Shown: positions 13,101 through 27,008, numbered from the stretch's first letter. The stretch is DNA of 64,000 nucleotides from Eledone cirrhosa (GCA_964016885.1 OZ024744.1:26226001-26290000); one strand, 5' to 3'. The notes: generated by a model not told the origin, from the letters alone. A program made the numbers and translations.

Positions 13101-15245
13101 TCAAGCGGATGTGTGAAGCCTTTCGCCAACATTTTGCTCGGTTGTTCGGGGGAAGTGGCGGGTCATGGATGGTGGCGGACTTCAGTCCCTACATCGATGG
13201 CTTGCCGCAACTCTTGACGGCAGACGCTGAGCGCTGCGAAAGGCCGATTACTTCAGCCGACATTCAGGATACCCTTGTCGGTTGCACGAGACGCAAGTCA
13301 CCCGGTTTGGATGTTCTGCCCTAGGAGCTTTACGTAAATATGCCAGACTTGTTCTCCGATCTCCTCGAAGCGTTCTACTGCAATTAGCAGCATAACGGAA
13401 GTATTCTCAGTTCTGTGAGCCGGGGTGTAGTGAAGCTGATAAGGAAAGAAGAGAATAAGAGGGACACATTAGACAATTTCAGGCCCATAACTCTGCTCAA
13501 CACAGAGTTTAAGATTTGTTAGCGAAGAGGTTGGCGCTTGTCGTCGGGGATTTGGTTGGGGAGGCGCAAACTTACGCAATCCCGACCAGATCCATACAGG
13601 ATAAACTCCACCTGATGCGATACATCATAGAGAGGATAGGGTGTAAACCTGGCTTTGGTGGGGCTCTGATCAATTTAGATCAATGTAAAGCATTCGATAG
13701 AGTCGACCATCGGTACCTGGAGGCTGTCCTCCAGGCAGCTGGCTTACGCCCTGTTTTCAGAAGCTGGAACGCTGCAATGCACAGCGGCACCTGCTCGGTG
13801 GTCAAAGTTAATAGCCACCTCTCGGAACCGCTTCAAGTCTCCCGATCGGTCCAACAAGGGTGCCCTCTCTCCTCCCTTCTGTACGTATTGACTCTCGAGC
13901 CTTTACTGCGGAAGCTGGAGCTGTTGCAGAGCATCCCCTTCGAACCGGGACGTGGAAAGGCTGTGTCGGGTTATGCAGACGACATCACCGTGATGTCGGG
14001 TTATGAAATCGAGGTGGTCAGCAACTTATTGGAGGAATATGAAAGGTTGACGGGAGCAAAACTTAAGCCGGAAAAGTCGGTGGGCTTGCAACTCGGCACC
14101 TGGAGAGGCAAGTGCATGCTCTACGTGGAGGGCTGGGCATGCCGTGGCTAATGATGCGCATACATGCGCTGAGACTGTGGCATCTCCAGATATTCTGCCT
14201 AAACGGTGACCAGGTGTGGTCACCGTTTGTCAGGCGGGCATTTCCGCAGCTCGTCTCATTGACGGGGGTGCAGTCCTTGGTCAAAAAAAGACCGAGACTT
14301 GGTGACTGGCATCTGGAATATTGCTGCCAGGAACTCACTGCCCTCTACCAAGCGAGCAATGTGGTCAGTGGAACTTCCACTCTCGCGTTCTATAGAGGAT
14401 TAGTGGTTTGGCATGTGCGACGACGCACTCGGAGCGGCTCTCGTCGTCGACGAAGACGAACTAACCAGTTTGTTCCGGAGGACTTTCGAGTCGGGGACGA
14501 TGGATAATTTCCAAAAATCTCTCGCTTGGCACTGCTACCTGGGAGGCACTGCCGTTTCGAGATAAACTCTACAGGCACGGAAGTGAGTAGATGCACACAG
14601 AGCGACCAAACCGTTCTGCACGCACTCATCCAGTGTCCGTGCATTAATTACTTGTGGAATTATGTCGAACAGCTGTTGTTGCATGTAGAACCGATCCAGC
14701 TATCGGCCGAGTCAAATAGTGAAGATCGACCCGCCGCCTTCGTTTGGCCAGGAAGGGCAGGCAATTTTCCGTTGTCTTGTGGCAGTACCGAAAGAGGTTG
14801 TATGGTGGACTAGACCAATCCCTCATCAACTTTTTCAAGTTTCAACTCGAAAGGAAGGTGAGGGTGGAGAGAGAACTGCTTTACCCCAGTACATTTGCTG
14901 AAAGGTGGGTGAATGTGACGAGAATGGCCTGTGTGAATGGGCCTACTCTGACCATGCGCCTGTATGTGGGTGAATATGAGGAGGAGAGGGGTGTACTTCC
15001 CGGGTGCTCTCGAAGCGTCGGGTGATTCAGGATTGGTGGGGTACCTGAGTGAGCCCTGGGTGATTATTCCGCACCACGCCCCCACCCCCCATATTGGGGA
15101 ATTTTCATTGTTGTATTTTTCTTGTTATTTTGTATTTGTTATTTATATTGTTTACACGTGGTTACACGTTGTATATGTAAACCCTCACTGTCCCGTTCTT
15201 TTGATTGTCCCCTATATGTCGGCCCTTGTAGCCAATAAATGAAAC
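10151..15245 (+). mobile_element. Tx1/L1-clade LINE copy 3 (near full length, degraded)
   Basis: Asn-rich ORF1 (NTFAAAAAKKR). ORF2 starts at ATG 11933 and parallels copy 2, with a deletion near 14115. The 3' UTR ends ggcccttgtagccaataaatgaaac, like copy 1. Confidence 0.9.
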
Positions 15246-15289
15246 TAACGTTGGATTGGCAGTATCGTAAAGGCCCATAACTCAGCATG

Positions 15290-15425
15290 GTGTTACGGGC
15301 CTTTACGATCTGAGTTCAAATCCCGCCGAGGTTAACTTTGCCTTTCATCCTTATGCGGTCGATAAAATAAAGTACCAGTAATGCACTGGGATAATTGCTG
15401 GTCTTGTGTCAAAAGTAGAAACAAT
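15290..15425 (+). mobile_element. SINE (MetaSINE-like central domain)
   Basis: B-box-like gagttcaaatcc followed by gcctttcatcc..ggtcgataaaataaagtaccag. The family recurs at about 16140, 21875, 27310, 28150, 38970 and 50545. Confidence 0.7.
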
Positions 15426-16134
15426 TATTATTATTATCATAATTATTATTACTGTTGTTGTTATTGTTGTTGACATTATTACTATATGAATGCGCCAAGT
15501 TTGAGTTGGTCTCTGCTTGAGAGTCTTATTGTTTATACCAGTGAAAATAAAAGAAGAAAAACGCACTTAAATCATGTTTAGTTCACTGTCAAAGCAACGT
15601 TGAACTGTTGTCACCAACACCTCATAGATCATTGAGGACACTGACCTGTAGTCATGATATAACTCTCTAACCAAAGGTTGCAAACAAAAATAAATCGTGC
15701 AAAATTAACTGTCAGCTAAGTAAATCTCTTGTAAATCTGTTTTCCAAGTAGTTTTCTTTTGTAGCTTTTGTTAATGGACGTGTCTACGTTAATATAAAGA
15801 CACCTGTAGTGTTTAGGATCAAAGAATGTCTGCGTGAATTTCGCCAATCATCTCATTTGCTAGTTCTTTATTATTATTATTTTTGTGTATGTGTTTTGCC
15901 CTTTTATTTTCTTCTTCATAATGTTCCATGAATAAAAAAAAAATAGAATAGAATAGAAAAAAGAAAGTAAAGTAAAATGAATGAATGGATGGCTTAATGA
16001 AAGAAAAGAAGAGAAATTCGAAGCTGATTCCTAAGAAACGCACTAATCTCTTTATTACAGCAATTGCCTTCTCTCCTCTAAAAATTATCATTTAAGTAAT
16101 TACAATTCTGAAACCTTTTAAAGGTATAAAATGG

Positions 16135-16310
16135 TTTCTAATTTAAGCACAAGGCCAGCAAATTTTCTCTTATTCTTATTTTTGTTTTGCGTTGGGAAAG
16201 AGGGCTATTTATATCGACTTTAGTGTTTGATTGGTTCTTTGTTTCATCGACTGCGGAAGGATGAAAGGCAAACGTGACCTCGGAAGGATTAGAACTCAGA
16301 ACATAAAAAC
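16135..16310 (-). mobile_element. SINE, diverged copy of the same family
   Basis: gcacaaggccagcaa ... tcgactgcggaaggatgaaaggcaaa..gacctcggaaggattagaactcaga. Confidence 0.6.
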
Positions 16311-16446
16311 AACTGAAAGAAATGCTACAAGATAATTTGCCCAATACCTTAATGTGTCTGCCAATACACTGCTCTGTGTAAACAATATAAAACAAATAAT
16401 AATTGACTTAAGGCATTAAATATTTTCTGACATCAATCTTAAACAA

Positions 16447-16835
16447 TCCCGATGGAATCACCCTCTTTCCGCTGAAGGAGGTAGATCCCTCATCTGGGAC
16501 ACCACATGTTGTGACACGTTCTGCGCGTCCAACTTAATCGCTTCGGCCACAAACCCCGATACTCTGCCCACAATGCAGAGGAAAGGAAGATATACAAATA
16601 CCGGAGATTGTCCGACCACTTCCTCTTCACACCAGTCACCGTCGAGACCTCAGGCGTGCTTGGACACCATACTGTCGAGCTCCTCCGCAACATCGGAACG
16701 TCGGTGGCCCATCTGAGGAAGGAGCCACGCAAGGTGGGATGGTTGTTGAAGTGGGTGTCGCTGGCCATTGTCAGTGGGAATACCTTTGCTGTCTTGTCCG
16801 CGGAGCAAGCCCCAGTACCGCCGTGCCCTAGGCCC
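16447..16835 (+). mobile_element. CRE-like non-LTR retrotransposon 3' fragment (restriction-like endonuclease)
   Basis: Translates as PDGITLFP..GRSLIWDTTCCDT..AEERKIYKY..FTPVTVETSGVLG..VSLAIVSGN. Confidence 0.8.
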
Positions 16836-17695
16836 AGAGTTTTCCCTCCCTTTTCCGTTTTCTTTTTTTCTTTATATTTTCCTATTTTACATTCCATTCT
16901 TCTCAATCTAAATTTTCTTTGTTTCTTTTTCTATTAAATTGTATTTACATGATATATTCCATAAAGAAATACAATTTCCACCATTTCAAACATAGGTAAT
17001 ATATTTTATTCTTATTGTCGACCGACATGGAAAGCCACAGGGAATCATATCCTGTTACATGCGCTAAATCACTGAGTACGTGGCCAAATCATTGAACTTT
17101 CAAATGGCCCAGTTCACGTAAATGTCACTGGGTTCAATGATATAGAAATAACACAACACTTTCAAAGCAGAAACTTAAGTAATTGAAGTGAACTGAATTT
17201 ATTCTGTAGATATATATATATATATACATGATGATGATGACTGCAACTCGATTTCTAGTACTGCCATCGCTTGATACTTATGCATGAGTATCACAGACGT
17301 GGCTTTTTAGTCCAGCTCGTGACTCGTCTATGGCCAGCAATACCATGCATCGCTAAAAATGTCACATATCAACAATGCCTGTGCTTGAAGCTTTTTTAAG
17401 TGAGGAAAGGCTTTGCACGGGTCCAATCCCACTATCTGAACATTTACCCCCAAACAAGAACTAGTCTACATCATTGGATGTAAACGAAGTCACAGGTTCG
17501 TAGTGACCCTCTTCTAGAAAGATGCCTTAATGAAGACTAGGAGTCTTTCACTCCACAAAACCTTTATTCGATGGCCGTTGACTCTCCTGAGTTCCTTCGC
17601 CCTTTGAGGGGTATTGCTTTTCATACCGCAGGGTGTCCAAATTCACCTTCCTAGGGTACCTAGAGTATGTGTTATGACACGTATTATATAAAATA

Positions 17696-17907
17696 CTAGC
17701 TACTCCGTGCCGTCAAAAATGATGGTTAATTGTAATATATACACATAATATAAAAAAGATATGTTTGTCGGTTGGTTCCTTCACGCTCACCCCTTCCTTC
17801 CTCAGTCAACGTTATCACCCCTTCCTTCCTCAGTCGACGTAATCCCCCCTTCCTTCCTCAGTCATCTTTACTACGTTCCGAAAAAATACTCAAGGCTTTT
17901 ATATAGA
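17696..17907 (-). mobile_element. Short non-autonomous Helitron
   Basis: The minus strand starts TCTATATA and ends with hairpin ccatca-tttt-tgacgg then CTAG, between A and T. An internal ~28-bp unit (ccccttccttcctcagtc) occurs three times. Confidence 0.7.
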
Positions 17908-18870
17908 TTGGGTTTTTTTGTCAATGCATAAGTATCCCACGTTTATAACAGATTGAAAGCTAAATGTGGTGGAGATGTCTTTCTAAAAGATATTAACATC
18001 ATAATTGTAATGAAATGATTCCATGTGAGAACCAAAACCGTGTTGCAGGCCTGACTAACTGGGATATTATCTTCTGCCCTAAATCTATCACCATAGGACG
18101 TTGCGAAGTTAAATAGCTCTTAACCGGATGTCGCCAGGAACTTTTCTCTTTCTTTACGCTACTCGTCAAACTGATAGATAAAATATGACAGGTTTAAATA
18201 TGGTTGACATTTTGTCTACTAAACGATTAGTTTATATTTGATAAAGATGTAAGAATTTCAGAAGGAGCAGTATGTTCATTTCATAATGACATTATTAAGT
18301 CAATAAACTGTCTAACAACAGGCCGAAAAGTTCGATAGCTCATATTTATATAAAGGATAGAGTCAATTCCCACTTGGCTCAACCCACCGAACTATAGATG
18401 GATACAATTTGAAGAAATATTTATCAACTGTAGCTAGAGAAATCAGGGCAAATGTATTTGTTTATGAATGAACAAAGACAAATTTTAGAGTAGAAAAGCG
18501 AATCAATTTAATGGAATTGAATCTAGTATGCTGTTTATTTTCATTTTAAAGAGAGTAACATTCAACATATGTAAAAGAACGAGTCTAAAAACATGGATTT
18601 ACGGAGATTATTCAAGAAAAATCCATGTAAGGTGTTTAAAACTTTTAAAAAAGCACAGTATAAACTATGGTCATGTTTTAGATTTATTAGACCTCCTCAG
18701 TCACGAGAACATTCGTTAAAACAGCAAAAGGCTGAGGTCGGCATCAGAGAACAGAGACCACCGGTCAGTGGTCAAGAGCGATACAATCCACATGGAGGGT
18801 GGCAAGCAGATGAAATATAGACACGATTGAAAGAGGAGGGGTGAAGGAGAAGTATGCTGGCGCACATAAG

Positions 18871-19046
18871 TGACTGGAAGAGGAAATAAAAACAGGTGAA
18901 TAGAAGACAAGTTTGCACACACACATCTTCACCCTCAATCCAGCAAAATGGTTTCGCACGATTTAATTGAGAGCTAATGAGGGTGAAGATGTGTGTGTGT
19001 AAATTTGTCTTGTACATCACCTTTCTTTATTTATTTCTTCCAGTCA
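18871..19046. repeat. Imperfect inverted repeat (~67-bp arms, ~40-bp spacer)
   Basis: tgactggaag...acacacatcttcaccctca versus tgagggtgaagatgtgtgt...cttccagtca. Confidence 0.75.
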
Positions 19047-19700
19047 ATTGATTGTTTGTTATCCTCTGTCTGAGCAATTCTTCATTCCTCCACATTACCA
19101 TTCTCATTTTTACTTTTTCTATCCTTCTCTGGTGCTCCACATTCTAAGGGATGAAGATATTTTGCTCATGTTTTGCTCCCACAAATTGTGACATTTCTCA
19201 CAGCCAACAACTTACCATTCAGTTTCAGTGGTATTCCTATCCTCATTAACACGCCACTCACTTCCCAGAACTTCTAATATTTGTTTGTGGGTCACTCAGT
19301 GACTAAAACGAAAATACACAGCAAATTAACAAATTGTACATTTAGTGCACAAAATTGTATTTGACAGTTTATACATCTAACATTTAAACGTATAAAACTG
19401 ATTTTCTAATTATTAAGCTGGTATTCAGAACATAATATAATAAAGGATTTTTCATAAAATGTTGATGAAAGTTTTTTTAATAAATTAAACACTTTAAAAC
19501 AGTTTTGTATTGTAAAGCCATTTTCAGTTGATTTTGTATCAAACCTGTATTTCACTAGAGAGGTTACATTTTAAAATTCAACACTTAAGATACATTTATG
19601 CTTTTACGATATATTTTAACAAATCTTCATAATGGTAAATAATTTACTTACATGTGAATAGCAAGTAATAATTGAGACAAATGTTTTGCTACCTATAAAG

Positions 19701-19745
<45 letters not shown>

Positions 19746-19949
19746 GACCAGAGACTGAAGAGAGAGGATCAGATTTTACATTGCTACACATTTTCTTTGA
19801 ATTTCAAATACATCAGTCCACTACCAGGCCATGAGGTCAAATCCTGGAGACAGCCGCCTCAAGACGACGCTCTAATGTGGTTGGTGATAGAAATGGCATC
19901 GAGCTAGAAAAGTCAGTCCCAAACTATGAAAACTATAATATAAGAGTCT

Positions 19950-20275
19950 AACGACTAAACCAGGCTCTACTGTACTTCGGGATGAGGATGGTAACCTCTC
20001 CAAATATCGGTCGTTCTCCGACAGTTTTGCAGTCGAGCCCATAACAATAGAAAGTTCTGGTGTTCTTGGTCCTAGCATCACCTCCCTACTCACCGCCATC
20101 GATACAGTGTTGGCTACCCATAGGAGATGAGACTTCTGGCGTCTTTGGCCCTAGGGCTACCTCCAGAGTTACCACCATAAGCGCAGAGCTGGCTAGCCAC
20201 AGGTGTGATCCTTGCGAGCTGGAATGGCTCTTCTAGCGCATCTCCCACACCATCCTCCGGGGAAATACCTTCTCT
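19950..20275 (+). mobile_element. Diverged CRE-like endonuclease fragment
   Basis: Translates as KYRSFSDSFAVEPITIESSGVLGP... and ..TILRGN, parallel to 16600-16800. Confidence 0.6.
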
Positions 20276-20587
20276 ATTCTCTCTCCACGGGCCGCGGGGC
20301 GGCCAGCGCGTGACCCCATTTGCTTATAATAGTAGGGAGGGGGAGCGGGAGACGGGGGCAACGACAGTGGGAGTTTGGTTCCTATGTGTTCGGACCTGGT
20401 GTATATGTGATATAGGGAGAGAGTGGGAGAGATGGAGGCGATGACAGTGGGAGTTTGGTTCCTCTGTGTTCGGGACCTGGTGTATATGTGTGTGTAATTT
20501 TACACTTATTTTTGGCTTTTACAGCTATTGTAACAAACAAAGGAATAAACATAAAGAGTCACACTAATTTCGTATATAAGTCTAATG

Positions 20588-20810
20588 CTAGTCATGTTAG
20601 TACTATGCAGGGCAATGTATCGGGTTACGAGGGCCATATGTAAAAATACCTAGTCATGTTAGTACTAGGCAGTGTAATGTGTCGGGTTACGAGGGCCATA
20701 TGTAAAAATACCTAGTCATGTTAGTACTAGGCAGGGTAATGTGTCGGGTTACGAGGGCCATATGTAAAAATACCTAGTCATGTTAGTACTAGGCAGGGTA
20801 ATGTGTCGGC
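20588..20810 (+). repeat. 62-bp minisatellite, ~3.6 copies
   Basis: ctagtcatgttagtactaggcagggtaatgtgtcgggttacgagggccatatgtaaaaatac starts at 20588, 20650, 20712 and 20774. Confidence 0.95.
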
Positions 20811-21099
20811 TAATGGGGACCATATAAAAAACACCTCCGCCGTTATCAACTATTTGCTCACCCAGTTTCCATTTCAGGTGCAGAAAACTATATAAAAGCA
20901 AAATGAAGTAGTTCTTTAATTCTATTTTAAGATCGTTTCGGGGTGCAAAATAACCGATGTGCAGACTAATCGATGGACGTTATACAACACCATATCATCA
21001 CATTCGAAATATCGTCGATAAAACACATCCAATCTGCTGTCTATGTTCAGGAGACATACTACACACACGCACCCACACTTAATCACATGATTGCCGACC

Positions 21100-21633
<534 letters not shown>

Positions 21634-21702
21634 CTTCTAGCACTGACAGAGACCATCATTATTTATATCGATGTCATTTTTTATATCGATATTACATGGG
21701 CA

Positions 21703-21826
21703 TCCACTGATGAGTTATAAGGGCCCAGCTTGTGTGTATATCTATGGATTATATACAAGTTTCTACATAACCTGGACATTATTTATCCCAACGTGTAGAA
21801 ATCTTATAACGAAACGATCGTATGGA
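21703..21826 (+). ncRNA. Type I hammerhead ribozyme with branched stem II
   Basis: tcca-CTGATGA-gttataag[81 nt]cttataac-GAAA-cgatcg-TA-tgga. Stem III (acgatcgt) is palindromic. Confidence 0.8.
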
Positions 21827-21869
21827 AGGAAAATGAGATTTATTTAATTATGTCTCATATAAAATAATT

Positions 21870-22040
21870 GTTTCTACTTTAGGCACAAGGCCAGCAATTA
21901 CCCAGTGCATTAGTGGTACTTTATTTTATCGACCCCGTAAGGATGAAAGGTAAAGTTAACCTCGGCGGGATTTGAACTCAGATCGTAAAGGGACGTAACT
22001 ATGCTGGAAAGCATGGCGTCCGACCCTCTACCGATATTGC
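21870..22040 (-). mobile_element. SINE (MetaSINE-like)
   Basis: Reverse complement of 50537-50712. Confidence 0.75.
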
Positions 22041-22098
22041 CATATAAAATAATACAACCATATATATACACACGTATATATATATATATATTCATATA

Positions 22099-22130
<32 letters not shown>

Positions 22131-22139
22131 CATATATAT

Positions 22140-22216
<77 letters not shown>

Positions 22217-22227
22217 CACATATATAT

Positions 22228-22270
<43 letters not shown>

Positions 22271-22403
22271 CATATATATATATATATATACACATACATA
22301 TATATATATATACATACATATATATATATATATATATACATATATATACATATATATATATATATACATATATATATACATATATATATATATACATATA
22401 TAT

Positions 22404-22782
22404 ATGCAAAAGTTCTATTTAAAATTGTTGGGATACAACAAGTAAATATTTTTATAACTGATATAAAGCACTCGACAAGAATTTGGAGTAGATATACGAT
22501 ATTAATAAATGGAAACTATATTTATAAAACCATATTTATTTCATTATACATATTTCAGGGATACCAAATTAAATGCGACCATTATTTTTGGAAGCCATCT
22601 GGATGGCTTCCAAAAATAATGGTCGCATTTTAAAAGGGTACGTCAAAGCTTATTTGTAAAACTGTTATATATTGTATTTTGTCTGATGAAGGCATACCAT
22701 AATTTAATTTGGTATCCCTGAAATATATATAATGAAATAAATATGGTTTTATAAATATAGTTTCCATTTATTAAAATCGTAT
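22404..22782 (+). mobile_element. PLE-type terminal fragment in (TA)n with an inverted partial end and a perfect hairpin
   Basis: 22495-22574 is the reverse complement of 22702-22782. A hairpin spans 22571-22630. A second copy lies at 26110-26385. Confidence 0.65.
22675..22739 (+). ncRNA. Type I hammerhead ribozyme
   Basis: tattttgt-CTGATGA-aggcatacca..tggtatccct-GAAA-tatata-TA-atgaaata. Confidence 0.8.
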
Positions 22783-22811
22783 ATACATATATATATACAC
22801 ATATATATATA

Positions 22812-22968
<157 letters not shown>

Positions 22969-22979
22969 ATGTATATACA

Positions 22980-23013
<34 letters not shown>

Positions 23014-23099
23014 CATATATATATATACATTATGAAGAGAGAAGAAACATTTAGATATAATTAGTAATAAAATGTATCATACCTAAACTGCTCCTAAAT

Positions 23100-23189
23100 T
23101 CCTCGACTACGTAGTTTCGTGGCATAAACAAAAACAATATATCATAAAGATATAGAGTCCCTGCGAGGTCTGCCGACTTATCAAGAGGA
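23100..23189 (-). ncRNA. Type I hammerhead ribozyme, U3:A8 core variant (UUGAUAA), long stem II insert
   Basis: Minus strand: tcctc-TTGATAA-gtcggca[~45 nt]tgccac-GAAA-ctacgtag-TC-gagga. Stem III (actacgtagt) is a perfect palindrome. Confidence 0.75.
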
Positions 23190-23437
23190 TACCTCATTTT
23201 ACTAGTCTCAAGAACGCGTCTACACGACGTGAGAAAGAATCCCAAAAGGCGGAGAGGGAGATAGTCACGCGATATAACGGTCGAGAAACAGAGCTAAGCC
23301 TCCTATAACCACGAAGAAAATACCACGGAGGCGGAGGGGGTATTCATATCGAGGCCGCAGAAGAGGTGGTGAAGAAGGCTAGAAGTATGAGTAATGGAAG
23401 CTTTCCAGTTGTCCCCACACTTCAAAGATTGCTCGAC

Positions 23438-23477
<40 letters not shown>

Positions 23478-23486
23478 AATATATAC

Positions 23487-23582
<96 letters not shown>

Positions 23583-23583
<1 letters not shown>

Positions 23584-23796
23584 AAACGAAGGAAATGTGG
23601 TAAGCAACCAGATGGACCATAACGCACCAAAGTACTCAATACTTAGGGTAGTAGAGTTGGTAATAGGAACGAGTAGGACCCCGACGGCTGAGCTCAAGCC
23701 GTTTCGACGGGTAATTCTGGACTAAAATAGTCCAGAATTTTAGTCCAGAATTAGCCGTCGAAACGGGTTGAGCTCAGCCGTCGGGGGTCCTACTCG

Positions 23797-23800
<4 letters not shown>
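23583..23800. mobile_element. Fold-back terminal fragment of the U3:A8-HHR PLE family (truncated in stem II)
   Basis: gaccccgacggctgagctcaagccgtttcgac...gtcgaaacgggttgagctcagccgtcgggggtc, flanked by (TA)n. Confidence 0.75.
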
Positions 23801-23847
<47 letters not shown>

Positions 23848-23850
<3 letters not shown>

Positions 23851-24313
23851 TAAATCATGTCTTTAGAATCATCAGATAAAATATATACTATTTCTTCTTC
23901 TAATTAGCATAATTAACCACATAAAAAATCAATTAGACGAAGCTATAAGAAGTAAGGCTCTTATGAAGAAATCTCCGTCAAATAACTGAAAGTGGCCTCT
24001 TCGCGGTGGCCCCAATAGATTATTTATCCAACATTTCGACAGCATGTAGAAACTGACTAAATATATCGTCAACCATACACAATTAGGTGTAAAATTAAAC
24101 TTAGAAGAAATGCGTACTTACTGTAATTATATATCTACCATGGTTTCTTCCTTATTTTTAGACATCCAAATAATAGGAATGTCCTGAGTTAGGATTCATC
24201 AGGAGACAAACTCAAAATCAGGCATCTAATTGATTTTTATATGGTTAATTATGCTAATTAGAAGAAGAAATAGTATATATTTTATCTGATGATTCTAAAG
24301 ACATGATTTATGA
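23848..24313. repeat. ~90-bp inverted repeats flanking a decayed hammerhead
   Basis: 23848-23937 is the approximate reverse complement of 24226-24313. Confidence 0.8.
24128..24210 (-). ncRNA. Decayed type I hammerhead candidate
   Basis: Minus strand: tgtctc-CTGATGA-atcc...aataaggaa-GAAA-ccatgg-TA-gatata. Stem III is palindromic and stem I is imperfect. Confidence 0.55.
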
Positions 24314-24372
24314 TATATTGCTCTGATTTTTTAATTTATTAATTCTTCATAGAGCTTAAAAGTGACCAGTTG

Positions 24373-25043
<671 letters not shown>

Positions 25044-25399
25044 TTACACAAATATGACCCTCCACAAGTATAACAATATTTGTGTCGACACACGATTTCA
25101 TATAAAAAACCTCTTAAAACTAATTCATCGCCGCTACATATATATATATATATATATTAATAAGAGGAATTCCAACTTTGTCTTGTTTACTCGTTTTATT
25201 TACAATCCTTTAAAATTTATAAGGGTATTAGAATGAAATAATATGATAGAATATTAAATGTTAAGTGTTAATTGAACAAGTACTTTCATGCTTTCGCAAT
25301 CTTCAGTTTCATAATGTGTGGTGACAGTCAAATTTGCAATTTTCAACTGTTGAAAATTGCAAACTTGACTGCATGATGTGGAAAATGTTTCATCATCAC

Positions 25400-25762
25400 T
25401 TCCCAAATACACCCAACGCTTGGGCTCCGTGCTATCCGTCCCAAACAAAAATCTAAATCGCAACTCATAACAAAAATACGGCACAATTATTTCACCTCAA
25501 TTGGCCCTGCTCTCTTCAACATCACACCAGGACACTCCAAAACAGAAACTGACCACACAAAATTCAAGAAGTCTTTGGGCAAATTCCTCCAAGTAATCCC
25601 GGACAAACCACCTACACCCAGATATGTCTCCGCAAACAGTAATTCTGTTCTCGAATGGGCCATGGTGCCCAAATCCTGAATTGAAAGACTTCGCCAGGTG
25701 GTGCTATTAAGTTAGACATGGCCTGGGCCAATACTGGCCAAAACATTTCAAAGTTATTCAAA
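25400..25762 (+). mobile_element. CR1-like LINE 3' end
   Basis: Translates as YFTSIGPALFNITP..KFKKSLGKFLQVIPDKPPTPRY..NSVLEW. Confidence 0.6.
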
Positions 25763-25764
25763 GT

Positions 25765-25795
<31 letters not shown>

Positions 25796-25865
25796 GTATA
25801 TGTATATATATATGTATATATATATATATATATATATGCATATATATATATGTATATATATATAG

Positions 25866-25990
25866 TGAAGGGGTGTGGCTGAGTGGTTAGATAACTGGAT
25901 TCGCAATCGTGAGGTTGTGAGTTCGATTTCTGGACCGGGCGATGCGTTATGTCCTTGAGCAAGACACTTTATTTCACGTTGCTCCTTCTA
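25866..25990 (+). mobile_element. tRNA-derived SINE head
   Basis: A box tggctgagtgg and B box gagttcgatttc, followed by CORE-like tgtccttgagcaagacactt. Confidence 0.7.
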
Positions 25991-26279
25991 CCTGGAGTTG
26001 CGACCGATAGATAGTATTAGCAATTGGAAAGACCAATGGAAACACTGTTTCCTCGGTCCGATTTGACGAAAGTCGATCGTTAGGAATATATATATATATA
26101 CATACATATATGCAAAAGTTCTATTTAAATTGTTGGGATACAACAAGCAAATATTTTTATAACTGATTTAAAGCACTCGACAAATATTTGGCCATCAGAC
26201 TATCCTGATGACCTCCAAAAACAACGGTCAATTTTTAAAGGGGTACGTCAATGTCTATTTATAAAACTGTTATATATTG

Positions 26280-26343
26280 TATTTTGTCTGATGAAGGCAT
26301 ACCATAATTTAACTTGGTATCCTTGAATATATATAATGAAATA
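26280..26343 (+). ncRNA. Hammerhead paralogue of 22675, probably inactive (GAAA reduced to GAA)
   Basis: tattttgt-CTGATGA-aggcatacca..tggtatcctt-GAA-tatata-TA-atgaaata. Confidence 0.6.
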
Positions 26344-26384
26344 AATATGGTTTTATAAATATAGTTTCCATTTATTAATATCGT

Positions 26385-26423
<39 letters not shown>

Positions 26424-26428
26424 TATAC

Positions 26429-26461
<33 letters not shown>

Positions 26462-26508
26462 CATACAAATATATATATATACATACAAATATATATATAT
26501 ACATACAA

Positions 26509-26590
<82 letters not shown>

Positions 26591-26705
26591 ATATATATAT
26601 TTGTATGTATATATATATATTTGTATGTATATATATATATTTGTATGTATATATATATATTTGTATGTATATATATATATTTGTATGTATATATATATTT
26701 GTATG

Positions 26706-26780
<75 letters not shown>

Positions 26781-26825
26781 TTGTATGTATATATATATAT
26801 TTGTATGTATATATATATTTGTATG

Positions 26826-26902
<77 letters not shown>

Positions 26903-26903
26903 G

Positions 26904-26936
<33 letters not shown>

Positions 26937-26937
26937 G

Positions 26938-27008
<71 letters not shown>

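Noticed and set aside
20588-20810. 62-bp repeat as a CRISPR array or twister ribozyme array
   Set aside because: It has no unique spacers, sits in a eukaryotic context, and I could not form the twister stems or pseudoknots.
25866-25950. tRNA gene
   Set aside because: It has A and B boxes but no clean acceptor stem, and it continues into a SINE body.
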